A stretch of 64,000 nucleotides of DNA from Thermococcus sp. JdFR-02 (GTDB lineage Archaea > Methanobacteriota_B > Thermococci > Thermococcales > Thermococcaceae), in assembly GCA_002009975.1 (NCBI GenBank), contig MTLP01000012.1, positions 96,001-160,000 on the forward strand, read 5' to 3'. Position numbers and translations under genes: made by a program. Of the stretch, positions 1 to 9,502 are shown in pieces; position 1 is the first letter of the stretch; each line of letters begins with the position of its first letter. The notes below the pieces were generated by a model. The model worked only from the letters and a program-made list of their open reading frames with translations, was not told the DNA's origin and did no database searches.

Positions 1-611
1 ATGTACTTGGTTTTTATTGTGAAAACAGTCTTACCTTTTTTTACAACGAGTTCACCTTGTTTAAACTCCTCTACTCTTGTCCAGAGCAGGAAGTTGACTC
101 CCTTGCTCTCCAAATATTGTTTTATGGATTTTATGACTTCTCCAGTATGATCTGAGCCAATATGCCTTTGAATTATTGGGATGAACTTGACTCCAGCTTG
201 AGCAGCTTTCCTTTCCCAATGCTTTATTTGATCCTCATCTCCTTTGAAGAGGTTTCTTGGTGCACCATGCTTTAGCAATATTTGATCAACTTCCCAAACG
301 AGTTGCCAAGAATAGTTTTCATCATGAGTTAACTCGGTCAAATCTCCTCCAATGTCAGGTCTTAGGTTTATCGTTCCATCGCTTAAACCGCCAGCTCCAC
401 CAACGCCGCTCATTATATGACATGGTTTACAACCAACACAGTAGCCAAGCTCGTACATTGGACAGATTCTTTGATCAACATCTCCACCTTCATCTATCAC
501 TAAAACTTTAAAATCGCTCTTTTCTGCTAGTTCATAAGCTGCAAAAAGTCCTGCTGGTCCTGCTCCAACAATAACAACGTCAAATTTCTCATTTTCATAG
601 AATTGACTCAT
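1..611 (-). CDS. NAD(P)/FAD-dependent oxidoreductase (5' part; runs off the window)
   Basis: Manual translation from ATG 611: MSQFYENEKFDVVIVGAGPAGLFAAYELAEK (GxGxxG FAD motif), then C-x-x-C-x-x-C-like CVGCKPC and GGAGGLSDG; not in ORF track. Confidence 0.85.
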   Translation of the reverse strand, partial: MSQFYENEKFDVVIVGAGPAGLFAAYELAEKSDFKVLVIDEGGDVDQRICPMYELGYCVGCKPCHIMSGVGGAGGLSDGTINLRPDIGGDLTELTHDENYSWQLVWEVDQILLKHGAPRNLFKGDEDQIKHWERKAAQAGVKFIPIIQRHIGSDHTGEVIKSIKQYLESKGVNFLLWTRVEEFKQGELVVKKGKTVFTIKTKY

Positions 612-692
612 TATTTCCCTTACCAAGATTTGAGTGTATCTATTTATAAATATTACTGTTTCAGAAATGAATTTTTGCCAATTTTGTGTTTA

Positions 693-1916
693 TTATTCGA
701 TATATCTCAAAGCTTCTACTGGGCTTAGATCTGATGCTTTCTTAGCTGGATACAAGCTTGAGAGTATTCCGATAGCCAAGGTAATTAGAAATGCTACTAA
801 AATTACATATTTGTCAATTATGGGTGGTGGAAGGATTTGTCCCCTTTGTTCAAATATCCATACTACAAATTTTGCAGCACCGATTCCAAAGGCAAAGCCA
901 AGAATTCCACCTATTACTGTTAAAACAAGCCCTTCGATAAGTATCATTTTTAAAACGAAGCTCTTTTTTGCACCTATTGCTCTGTAAGTTCCAATTTCTC
1001 TTGTTCTCTCCATCACTGAGGTTAACAGAGTGTTCATAACACCTAAGGCTCCAACAAATAAAGCTATACTTCCTATTCCAATTAACAGATTGTGCATTAT
1101 TTTTCTAATTAGAAGCACAACTTCGATGCTTTGCTTTGCAGTAACAACAGTCACTCCCCCAACTTTTTTCTCTATGTCTTTTTTGACTTCATCAATGAAA
1201 TTTACATCATCAACCCAAACTTCAATCATGCTGATTTTTCCTTCCTCATGGAAAAGCTCTTGAGCAGTGTCTAACGGTATTGCAACTATCATATCCAGGA
1301 AACCTGCTAAGAATGATTGACCTATCTCTTCAAAGTTTCCAATAACTTTAAATTCCCATGCTTTTCCGTTCTCGTCGTAGATTATTATCTTATCTCCCGG
1401 TCGTATATCCCAATTAACTGAGGAACCACCGGGACCCATGAACTTTCCATGTGCTAGCAAATAACCTAACACCGCCTTATATCTATCGTTTTTCCTGAGG
1501 AATGCCCCCCTTTCTACATCCATACCTCTTAAAGCATAGAACTTTTCCGCTTTTTTTGGGTCAAGTCCCATTATTGAAAGCTCCACTAAGAGGTCTTCAT
1601 AATAAACAGTTGAAAATTTAAAGAGAATGGGATTTACGGCTTGAACGTGATTAATTTTTTCTATTTTGTCAACTATGCTCTCATCCATGGTGCTTGTTGC
1701 AACCCTTACAATTGAGATGCTCATACCGGGAAGTACCAATAAAACGTTGCTCGTGCTTTCAAGCTGTTCCCTTACAACCTCATTTGAACCTTGTGTGATC
1801 GAAACCAAAGCGGTAACTGAGCCAACTGCTATTACTATTCCTAACATTGTGAAGAACGTCCTTATTTTACGCCTTACCAAGTTTCTCAAGGATATCTTTA
1901 TAAGTTCACTAAGCAC
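693..1916 (-). CDS. ABC transporter permease, MacB/FtsX family
   Basis: RRKIRTFFTMLGIVIAV N-term, large extracellular loop, SVMERTREIGTYRAIGA, C-term PAKKASDLSPVEALRY. Confidence 0.92.
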   Translation of the reverse strand: MLSELIKISLRNLVRRKIRTFFTMLGIVIAVGSVTALVSITQGSNEVVREQLESTSNVLLVLPGMSISIVRVATSTMDESIVDKIEKINHVQAVNPILFKFSTVYYEDLLVELSIMGLDPKKAEKFYALRGMDVERGAFLRKNDRYKAVLGYLLAHGKFMGPGGSSVNWDIRPGDKIIIYDENGKAWEFKVIGNFEEIGQSFLAGFLDMIVAIPLDTAQELFHEEGKISMIEVWVDDVNFIDEVKKDIEKKVGGVTVVTAKQSIEVVLLIRKIMHNLLIGIGSIALFVGALGVMNTLLTSVMERTREIGTYRAIGAKKSFVLKMILIEGLVLTVIGGILGFAFGIGAAKFVVWIFEQRGQILPPPIIDKYVILVAFLITLAIGILSSLYPAKKASDLSPVEALRYIE

Positions 1917-3738
1917 CTTTCCTCCTCCATAGGATAATCATGAAAAGAATCAATGCAACTCCTCCAATTGCATAATAGAAATAGTTTGGCTTTTCTTTAT
2001 AGACAAGAGTTTGAGGAATTCTAATCGTCAAGTTTCTTTCAAACTCCTTTTCTCTGCCCTTCTCGTCCTTATAATAAACTTTTGCGTGAATCGTATACTC
2101 TCCCTTTTGGAGGGTTGTGTTTAGTATACTGTATGTTACACTATCATAATCTCTTCCTGCTATACTCCCTACGTATCTTTGGCCTATTGGGAAAAGCTCC
2201 AGATCATTTGAAGTTACATCAATTGTGACGCTTCTTGCGGTGTCTTTACCTTCGTTCACGATGTAAACTTCAAAGTTGTATTTTCCACCGCTTTCCCAGA
2301 TATTTCCTATGTAAAGGCTCAACAGTGGATAGGAGCTGACCTCAACCCCAAACATTGACTCCTCTTTGTAAGATACACCGTTCTCGTCTTCATACGTTAC
2401 TACCACATAAAGCGGATAAATGCCTCTAGATATGAGTCCAATTCTGAAATAAGCTTCCCCTTCAGCCACTTCTTTAATTTCGTTAAAATATAACATGCTT
2501 TGCTTGCTTATTGGAAATATCTTTGTCTCCTCTGGCATTTCTGGGGAAGATGGGTAAGGGTACATTGTCGCTGTTTTACCTTCTTCGGGCTTTTCAGTTA
2601 AAATGCTAACCTTTACATGCTTTGCTGGAGAGTTTCCAATGTTTCTAATCTTTATTCTCACGGTGAAGTTTGAATCTGGCTCAACAACCTCAGGAATTAT
2701 TTTAAACTCTTCAATAACTATCTTTGGTCTTATCTTATCAACGACAGGTATTCCAACTTGAATGTCTTTGCTCTTCTTTGCCCCTTCTTCATCTTGATAT
2801 TCTAATCTGATGTACAGAGGATAAACATCTTCTCTAAGGTTCTTTGAAGAAATCAAGGTGAATGTTACTTTTTTCTCTTCATTTGGAGTTAGAGATTCGA
2901 TGTATTTTATTGGGCTTTCCCTATAGGCAGCAAAAGGTAGGGATGATTCAAATTCTGGAACTGTTATTGTTGGAATGACTGTCTGCACCTCCTCTGTCTT
3001 AACTTGCTCTTTTGAATACAAATAAACTGTAATAAACCTCGCATCTTTGTTTCCAACGTTCCTTAATGTTATCGTTAAAGTGAATGGAGAGCCTATCTCA
3101 ACTTCCTCAAAATCGATTTTTTCAATGCTTATTTCTGCACCCCTAATTATTGCATATCTTGCGTATTTGGGAGCTTTCAGCTTTAGCTTTACGGTCTTAT
3201 TCGTTATGTTTTCAACATAGATTGAAAGTTCGTTCCAATAGTAATAACCTGTTCCAAAGTAACGATAGTCCATCTTCTTATCCTTTTCATATCTAGCTAA
3301 GAATGTGTTATTTTGAATTTCAACAATCGAAAATGCTATTGGACCGTATCTAAAAATGCTTCTCTCGTGAGCATCTCCATAAAACACTTCAACAGCTTTT
3401 GAATAAATCCTTATCAAAGCTCTTGGATTCTCTTCGAGTGTTATAACAACGAGCTTAATCTTGACATCTTTGTATTGGTACTCTTCTCCCCTGGCTAAAC
3501 TAAATTCTTTTTCCTCAAATTCAACGTTGTCTCTAATTTTAAAAAGAGCCCTCTCTCCAACACTTCCTGGGTTTAAGATATCTTTAAGAATCAAGGTATA
3601 ATTTCCAAAGGTTAAAACATCTCCAATCCCCAAATATCCCGAAAAAGTTAGTAGATATTCTTCACTTTCCTCCTCAGCGCCGATCACAATATTTGAGGTA
3701 AGTAGCATTAATATAATTAACATTACGATTCTTTTCAT
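1909..3738 (-). CDS. COG1361-like S-layer-domain/Ig-repeat cell-surface protein
   Basis: Signal peptide, repeated (L/I)RNxGxxxA...YPL Ig/CARDB-like modules, C-terminal TM plus basic tail WRRKGA; overlaps both neighbours. Confidence 0.8.
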   Translation of the reverse strand: MKRIVMLIILMLLTSNIVIGAEEESEEYLLTFSGYLGIGDVLTFGNYTLILKDILNPGSVGERALFKIRDNVEFEEKEFSLARGEEYQYKDVKIKLVVITLEENPRALIRIYSKAVEVFYGDAHERSIFRYGPIAFSIVEIQNNTFLARYEKDKKMDYRYFGTGYYYWNELSIYVENITNKTVKLKLKAPKYARYAIIRGAEISIEKIDFEEVEIGSPFTLTITLRNVGNKDARFITVYLYSKEQVKTEEVQTVIPTITVPEFESSLPFAAYRESPIKYIESLTPNEEKKVTFTLISSKNLREDVYPLYIRLEYQDEEGAKKSKDIQVGIPVVDKIRPKIVIEEFKIIPEVVEPDSNFTVRIKIRNIGNSPAKHVKVSILTEKPEEGKTATMYPYPSSPEMPEETKIFPISKQSMLYFNEIKEVAEGEAYFRIGLISRGIYPLYVVVTYEDENGVSYKEESMFGVEVSSYPLLSLYIGNIWESGGKYNFEVYIVNEGKDTARSVTIDVTSNDLELFPIGQRYVGSIAGRDYDSVTYSILNTTLQKGEYTIHAKVYYKDEKGREKEFERNLTIRIPQTLVYKEKPNYFYYAIGGVALILFMIILWRRKGA

Positions 3739-4427
3739 GTTCTCACCTCATATAGCAAGCCGTCTCTGATTTGAAGAATTCTCCCAGCTTCTTGTGCTAC
3801 TTCAACATCGTGGGTTACTATTACAAATGTAGTCCCATTTTCTATGTTTATCCTCTTCATTAGGGCTATTATTTCTTTCGATGTTTGCGTATCCAGATTT
3901 CCAGTTGGTTCATCTGCTAGAACTATGCTTGGATTGTTTGCCAAAGCTCTTGCTATAGCTACTCTCTGCTGCTGCCCTCCACTTAGCTCGTTTGGTTTAT
4001 GATCCATAAATTTTTCTAATCCAACAGCTTTTAAGAGATCCTTTGCTCTTCTAATTCTTTCTTTCTTTGGCACTCCAGCTAAGGTCATTGGTAGCTCAAC
4101 ATTCTCTAAAGCGGTTAAAATCGGAACTAGATTGTAATATTGAAAGACAAATCCAATCTTTCTCAATCTAATTTCTGAAAGCTGATTATCGTTTAAATTG
4201 CTGACATCTACACCATCAATGTAAATTTTTCCGCTTGTTGGCCTATCCAAAAGTCCGAGCATGTTTAGAAGGGTTGTTTTTCCACTTCCACTGGGACCTA
4301 ATATAGCTACAAACTCTCCTTCATAAATCTTTAAATTAATGCCTCTAAGTGCAGGAACAACTATCTTTCTTCCAATGTAATAGTTTTTCTTCAACTCCTT
4401 TGTTTCAAGGACTACTCTACGCTCCAT
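3735..4427 (-). CDS. ABC transporter ATP-binding protein (LolD/MacB-type)
   Basis: GPSGSGKT, LSGGQQQRVAIARAL, LADEPTGNLD, VTHD. Confidence 0.95.
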   Translation of the reverse strand: MERRVVLETKELKKNYYIGRKIVVPALRGINLKIYEGEFVAILGPSGSGKTTLLNMLGLLDRPTSGKIYIDGVDVSNLNDNQLSEIRLRKIGFVFQYYNLVPILTALENVELPMTLAGVPKKERIRRAKDLLKAVGLEKFMDHKPNELSGGQQQRVAIARALANNPSIVLADEPTGNLDTQTSKEIIALMKRINIENGTTFVIVTHDVEVAQEAGRILQIRDGLLYEVRT

Positions 4428-4524
4428 GGCAAAAGTTATTATGTTTGCTCGGTTTATAGCTTATTCGATGGAAAGTTAATAAAGTCTAAATAGTTCAAAT
4501 GCGTAGTATAAATTGGTGGTATAA

Positions 4525-5367
4525 ATGTTTGAAAAAATTCTGTTTCCAACAGATTTTTCTGATGTATCTCTGCACGCTCTGAGAAATTGCATCCCTAAAT
4601 TTTTTGAATTAGGTGCTAAAAAGCTCTATTTGATTCACATAGTGGATATAACTGCAACTGATATCGAAGCCCTTGAATTGGTAAAAATTGATGAAGAACA
4701 TATAAACAGGCTTGCTGACGAACTCAGAGCAAAGGGCATAGATGTTGAGACTGTAGTAAAGCTTGGAATTCCTTCAATTGAGATCGCGGATATTGCAAAG
4801 GAAAAGGATGTTGATCTTATCCTAAGTCCCTCTAAGGGTGAGAACATTCTAAGGCAGATGTTCCTTGGAAGTACAGCATCAAATCTCGTAAGGGCAACAA
4901 AAAAACCAGTTTTAATAATCAGATATGAATGGGATGAGGAAAAGAAGGAAATCAAGTGCATAACTGATTGTGAAAAACTTTTTGAAAAACCATTAGTCGC
5001 ATTGGATTTCTCTTCATGCTCTCTTAGAATAATGGAAGTCGTCAAGAAGTTTGAAGAATTGTCAAAGAGGGGAATTCTTCTTCATGTGGTTGATTATGGA
5101 AAGATTGATGAGCTTGAGAGAAACATGGAGAAAGCAAAGCTTCAGCTTGAGAGATATGAAAAAATTGTGAAGTTTCCAGTGGAAAAAGAAGTCCTTGCAG
5201 GTGTTGCTTCTCAAAGCATCATAAGCATATCCTTGGCAAAAGAAGCAACTTTAATAGTAATGGGTAAAAAAGGTAGGAGTGTTCTAAAAGAGTTATTGCT
5301 TGGAAGCACAGCGGAGAGGGTTATAAGGGACGCGAAACTTCCAGTCCTCTTAGTTCCTTGTGAATGA
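4525..5367 (+). CDS. Universal stress protein (tandem USP domains)
   Basis: KILFPTDFS start, two LGSTA..(L/V)xR...PVL motifs. Confidence 0.92.
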   Translation: MFEKILFPTDFSDVSLHALRNCIPKFFELGAKKLYLIHIVDITATDIEALELVKIDEEHINRLADELRAKGIDVETVVKLGIPSIEIADIAKEKDVDLILSPSKGENILRQMFLGSTASNLVRATKKPVLIIRYEWDEEKKEIKCITDCEKLFEKPLVALDFSSCSLRIMEVVKKFEELSKRGILLHVVDYGKIDELERNMEKAKLQLERYEKIVKFPVEKEVLAGVASQSIISISLAKEATLIVMGKKGRSVLKELLLGSTAERVIRDAKLPVLLVPCE

Positions 5368-5380
5368 TTTTATTTTTTCT

Positions 5381-5443
5381 AACCTCAGACTGGAGCGACT
5401 TCCACATCAATTTCGGTAGCTACCCTGATAGTCATCACAGGTT
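5381..5443 (-). ncRNA. C/D box guide sRNA
   Basis: Minus strand AACCT-GTGATGA(C)-CTATCAGGGTAGCTA-CCGA(D')-AAT-TGATGT(C')-GGAAGTCGCTCCAGT-CTGA(D)-GGTT with terminal AACC/GGTT stem; TTTAAAA TATA-like box about 25 nt upstream. Confidence 0.82.
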
Positions 5444-5467
5444 ATAGAGAATTAAGTTGCTTAGGTT

Positions 5468-6013
5468 TTAAAGTTTTTTAATTTTCCTTTTGTAGAGTGA
5501 ATTTCCATGCGAATCCATAGCAACAACTAATGGTAGATTTTCAACCTCAAGAACCCAAACAGCTTCAGGAATTCCCAATTCTTCAAGCCAGTAAACATTT
5601 ACAACTTTCTTAATGCTTTTAGCCGCTAAAGCCCCGGCACCACCAGTAAATGCAAAATAAACTCCTTTGTACTTTTTTAGAACTTTTAATGTTCTCTCTC
5701 CCATTCCGCCCTTGCCGATGACTCCCTTTACACCCAAAGCTAGGATTTCTTCACTATATCCTTCCATTCTCGCGCTTGTTGTAGGTCCAGCCGAGACTAT
5801 CTCATATCCTTGAGGAGTTTTTTTGACTACAGGACCGCAATGATAAATTACAGCCCCTTTTAGGTTAAAAGGAAGCTTATCTCTTCTGGCAAGCTCTATG
5901 ATTTTTTTATGCGCTAAGTCCCTTGCTGTATAAATTGTACCTGAAAGATTAACTATATCGCCAGCTTTGAGCTTTAAAACATCTTTTTCGTGCAGAGGGG
6001 TTTTTAAATTCAT
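5468..6013 (-). CDS. Class I fumarate/tartrate hydratase, beta (C-terminal) subunit
   Basis: GTIYTARDLAH, YHCGP, AGPTTSARM, IGKGGMG, DSHGNSLY motifs. Confidence 0.92.
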   Translation of the reverse strand: MNLKTPLHEKDVLKLKAGDIVNLSGTIYTARDLAHKKIIELARRDKLPFNLKGAVIYHCGPVVKKTPQGYEIVSAGPTTSARMEGYSEEILALGVKGVIGKGGMGERTLKVLKKYKGVYFAFTGGAGALAAKSIKKVVNVYWLEELGIPEAVWVLEVENLPLVVAMDSHGNSLYKRKIKKL

Positions 6014-6028
6014 GACATCACCACCTTT

Positions 6029-6228
6029 GCGGGCTGGAAGCTTCGCCGTTCACGGCGAGGAGGAAAGCCCGTGAAGTTTATATACCTCATTTTCCATTCC
6101 TCCTTTCGATGATGCCCAACGGTATATCCGTTTGGAGGAGGGCTCTCTGACCGAGCTGTATGAGGTCTACCGCAACCGAAGTTCCCATGTTGGGAACCTC
6201 CCGCCCTTCAGAGCGGGAAGGAGGTCAG
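6029..6228 (+). mobile_element. Non-autonomous IS200/IS605-family derivative (MITE/PATE-like); ends approximate
   Basis: GC-rich insert between two subunit genes; left hairpin CTTCGCCG-TTCA-CGGCGAGG inside a GGGCT/AGCCC stem; right hairpin CCCGCCC-TTCA-GAGCGGG followed by AAGGAGGTCAG; no transposase. Confidence 0.75.
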
Positions 6229-6229
6229 C

Positions 6230-7084
6230 TCATTGATAAACCTTCACTTTTCCATCTCTCTCAATCTCAACTATTGCTTTTCTATTTGCCCAGCATTGAA
6301 TTATAACCCCTACAGGAAGTGAAGCTGGATGGCGATGAGCATATTCTATCTTAACATCTAGTGCTGTTGTTTTTCCTCCCAGTCCCATTGGTCCTATTCC
6401 CAAAGCATTGATCTCCTCTAAGATTTCTTCTTCAAGCTTTGCGATCTCTTCTTTTTCATGTCTAACTCCTAAAGCTCTTAAAAGGGCTTTTTTAGCAAGT
6501 TTTAGAGCAAAATCAGCTCCACCACCAATTCCAACGCCAACTATTATGGGCGGACAGGGTTTTCCTCCGCCTTCTACAACGGTTTTAACAATAAATCTCT
6601 TAACTCCTTCAATACCCTCACTTGGATTCAACATTGCCAAAGCAGAGCAGTTTTCACTTCCCCCTCCTTTTGGAAGAACATAGATTTTTATTTTATCTCC
6701 CTCGACAAGCTCCCAATGAATTATTGGAACAAAACGACCAGTGTTATCTCCCGAATTTTTGTTTGTTAGTAAATCTACAGCGTTGGGTCTTAAAGGAATT
6801 TCGACTGTTGCTCTCTTCGTTGCATTAATGAGCTTCTCCTTTAATCCTTTTAAATAGGGATTTTCAACTCCAGCTTCAACGAAAAAGGTTATTGTCCCAG
6901 TATCTTGACACATGGGAAGTGAATATTCCTTTCCAAGTTCTATTGTTTTTAAAATATTTTCAAGCTGAAGTTTTGCGATTGAATTTTCTTCCTCTTCATA
7001 CGCTTCCTTTAGTGCCTTAACTGTGTCTTTTGGTAAAGTTGTAACAGCTAAGCGGATTGCCTCGACTAGGGCATCTTCAATAAT
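6230..7084 (-). CDS. Class I fumarate/tartrate hydratase, alpha (N-terminal Fe-S) subunit; apparent ATT start
   Basis: PMCQDTG, KGGGSEN, GKPCPP, QCWANR motifs; reading frame open and family-like for 57 codons upstream of ATG 6913, back to ATT 7084 behind a GGGGTGG RBS. Confidence 0.85.
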   Translation of the reverse strand: MIEDALVEAIRLAVTTLPKDTVKALKEAYEEEENSIAKLQLENILKTIELGKEYSLPMCQDTGTITFFVEAGVENPYLKGLKEKLINATKRATVEIPLRPNAVDLLTNKNSGDNTGRFVPIIHWELVEGDKIKIYVLPKGGGSENCSALAMLNPSEGIEGVKRFIVKTVVEGGGKPCPPIIVGVGIGGGADFALKLAKKALLRALGVRHEKEEIAKLEEEILEEINALGIGPMGLGGKTTALDVKIEYAHRHPASLPVGVIIQCWANRKAIVEIERDGKVKVYQ

Positions 7085-7131
7085 ACTACCACCCCATAGC
7101 TAACTATCAAAGTGATGGTTAAAAAGGTAAG

Positions 7132-8235
7132 CTAAATCAGAGCTTTTAAAAATTCGACATAGACTTGTTTAACCCTTTTCACTGAACTTAGACTAACCCA
7201 TTCATTGGCAGAATGCCAGTTTTCGCCAATTGGACCAAAAACCAATGTTGGTTTTCCAAGATAAGTCCCAAAATAGTTGAAATCACCGACACTCGCTCCA
7301 TATGTTACCTCCAGTTCTTTCCCAGTTACACTTTCAAAAACTCTCTTAAAGAGCTTAACAATTTTTGAATTCTCTTTGACATAATATGGAAGCATTTCTG
7401 GAGTAGGTCTTTGATACTTTTCTATTTTTATCTGAGCTTTAACTCCAGCACGCTTTAAAACCTTCTCCAAACTTCCCTTTACAAATTCCCAATCTTCTCC
7501 AATAACTACATGTCTATCAATAATCGCCTTTGCATATTCTGGAACACTTAACCCATCTGCGTTTCCCTCTATGCTGAGGACGCAAAAACTTCCTTCTCCA
7601 AGCTTTTTATGCTTCTTTTTTCTTGCTTTGTGCAGATTTGCTAAAACTTTTGAAAGTTCTTCTATTGCATTTATTCCATTTTCAGGTCTTGCTGCATGAG
7701 CTTTTCGTCCAAAAGCCTCTATTTGAATGACAAATCTTCCTCTTGCTCCAAGCATTAGTCTCTCATTAGTTGGCTCTCCTATTAAAACTAAATCAGCCTT
7801 CTCAAGTTTCTTGCTCTTTATCAGCTCCCAAGCTCCGTGGGAGTAACCTTCTTCATCAACGACGGCTGTGAATATTATTTCTGGTCTTTCTCTTCTTGAT
7901 AACATGCTCATTTCTATGAAAGCACTTATTAAAGCGGCTAAGCCGCCCTTCATGTCAGCACTCCCTACACCATAGAACCTATCTCCTTCTTGCTCTCCCC
8001 AGGGATTTTTATTCCAACCATCGCTTAATCCAACGGTGTCCATATGCCCATTTAAAACGATCGTCGTCTTTTTTCCTCTTAAAGAGGCTATCACATTATT
8101 TCCAAAACCTTCAACCTCTTGAATTTGTACCTTTGAGTAATTTTCAAGAAAGTTAGCAATGAATTCAGAAATTTTTTCTTCTTGTCCGAAATGAGAGGGA
8201 ATAGATACTAACTTTTTTAAAAGTTCGAGCTCCAT
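7132..8235 (-). CDS. M20 family metallohydrolase (ArgE/DapE-like)
   Basis: LNGHMDTV, GSADMKGG, VDEE, GEPT, WHSANE. Confidence 0.92.
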   Translation of the reverse strand: MELELLKKLVSIPSHFGQEEKISEFIANFLENYSKVQIQEVEGFGNNVIASLRGKKTTIVLNGHMDTVGLSDGWNKNPWGEQEGDRFYGVGSADMKGGLAALISAFIEMSMLSRRERPEIIFTAVVDEEGYSHGAWELIKSKKLEKADLVLIGEPTNERLMLGARGRFVIQIEAFGRKAHAARPENGINAIEELSKVLANLHKARKKKHKKLGEGSFCVLSIEGNADGLSVPEYAKAIIDRHVVIGEDWEFVKGSLEKVLKRAGVKAQIKIEKYQRPTPEMLPYYVKENSKIVKLFKRVFESVTGKELEVTYGASVGDFNYFGTYLGKPTLVFGPIGENWHSANEWVSLSSVKRVKQVYVEFLKALI

Positions 8236-8391
8236 TGTATCACCACAAGTTACTATATAAAGTGATGATATATAACACTTTTGACAATTATCTTCATGTT
8301 TAGAAGAATATTTGAAATAGATAATGCTATTTAGTTTGTTAGCATGTTTCTATTTAACTTATTAATCGCGTAAAAGAGAGCATAAAAAATT

Positions 8392-8468
8392 TGGTGGACC
8401 GGGCGGGATTTGAACCCGCGGCCTCTGGCTTGCGAAGCCAGCGCTCTACCAAACTGAGCTACCGGCCC
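8392..8468 (-). tRNA. tRNA-Ala (anticodon CGC), CCA encoded
   Basis: GGGCCGGTAGCTCAGTTTGGTAGAGCGCTGGCTTCGCAAGCCAGAGGCCGCGGGTTCAAATCCCGCCCGGTCCACCA folds as a cloverleaf; TTTAAATA box upstream. Confidence 0.97.
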
Positions 8469-8533
8469 ATTATCCAAAACTTACAAAAACAAAAGTGGGT
8501 ATTTAAAAATTTCGAAAATAGTAAAAAGGAACT

Positions 8534-9436
8534 TTAGGGCATTTGTAGTGCAGAGTTTATTTCATCGATTATGTTCGTTTTTATAGTCTCTTCAAAGCTC
8601 ATAATTTCGAATGTGAAGTTTCTGTTAAACATTGTGGCTTTGAGGTACACTCTAACACTTACTTGACTAGATTCTCCCCTCTTTATATGCTCTACCCATA
8701 CTTTTGGAAGAAGGTCAAGTCTAATCACGCTTTTTACTTTTGCAGTTGCCGAACCTTTAGCCGGCATAACGATATTTTCAATAAGCTCTCCTTCTCCTAA
8801 TTTGTAGCCGTTTATCTTTACTTCGTAACCTATTCCAGAAACCGGTATCGGGAAGTCATTTGGATTGTACAACTCTATATCGCTGTATATTGTTAGGGAG
8901 TTATCTGTTATTGGACCCCATCTTGAAGTTACGCTCTTAACAGCGGGTGTTTTTATCAGATCTCCTTTGCTTTCACTCTGCATAGTTAATTTTGAAAGCA
9001 AGTCTGTATTTACTGGTTGAGAAAATTCTTTCTCAAGTAGTTTTACACCAAAAACAGCTGCAACGACTTTAATCCTGACTTCACTCTTTTCACCATTTTT
9101 TATATGGTTTTTTACAGCCTCTATAATCTTATAATTATCAATAACAAGCGCCCCATCAATTTTGTTGTTCATAAAACTTAGCTTTACATTTTCAGCCTTC
9201 CCTATTTCCACTCCACCCCATTCTACCGTTAACTCCTTTATGCTTGCAGATATAGGCAGTTTTTTATTTAAATAGACATGAAGTCGTAATTCTGTTGATT
9301 TCTCATCAATGTGTCCCCATTCAGCGCTTATTTGAGGCTGCAAATTAATCGCTGCATAGCCTAAGTACGCTATCCATAGTATTATCGCCAAGAAAGCCAA
9401 GAGTATTATCTTAAAAATACCTCTCACATCTCCCAC
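8534..9436 (-). CDS. LEA type 2 / WHy-domain membrane-anchored protein
   Basis: N-terminal TM, two repeats (HIKNGEKS / HIKRGESS), YNPNDFPIP motif. Confidence 0.8.
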   Translation of the reverse strand: MGDVRGIFKIILLAFLAIILWIAYLGYAAINLQPQISAEWGHIDEKSTELRLHVYLNKKLPISASIKELTVEWGGVEIGKAENVKLSFMNNKIDGALVIDNYKIIEAVKNHIKNGEKSEVRIKVVAAVFGVKLLEKEFSQPVNTDLLSKLTMQSESKGDLIKTPAVKSVTSRWGPITDNSLTIYSDIELYNPNDFPIPVSGIGYEVKINGYKLGEGELIENIVMPAKGSATAKVKSVIRLDLLPKVWVEHIKRGESSQVSVRVYLKATMFNRNFTFEIMSFEETIKTNIIDEINSALQMP

Positions 9437-9502
9437 CTACTAGAGAGTTATGTTGTTGATGTTTAAACGTTTTTCTAAATCTAAGATTTTGGAAATATGC
9501 TG

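Noticed and set aside
6109-6150. 13-aa micro-ORF MMPNGISVWRRAL as a functional peptide
   Set aside because: More simply a remnant inside the mini-element; no independent support
8262-8316. GTGATGA as the C box of a second sRNA
   Set aside because: Only weak TTGA D boxes, AT-rich guides, no stem; better explained as the promoter of the M20 hydrolase gene
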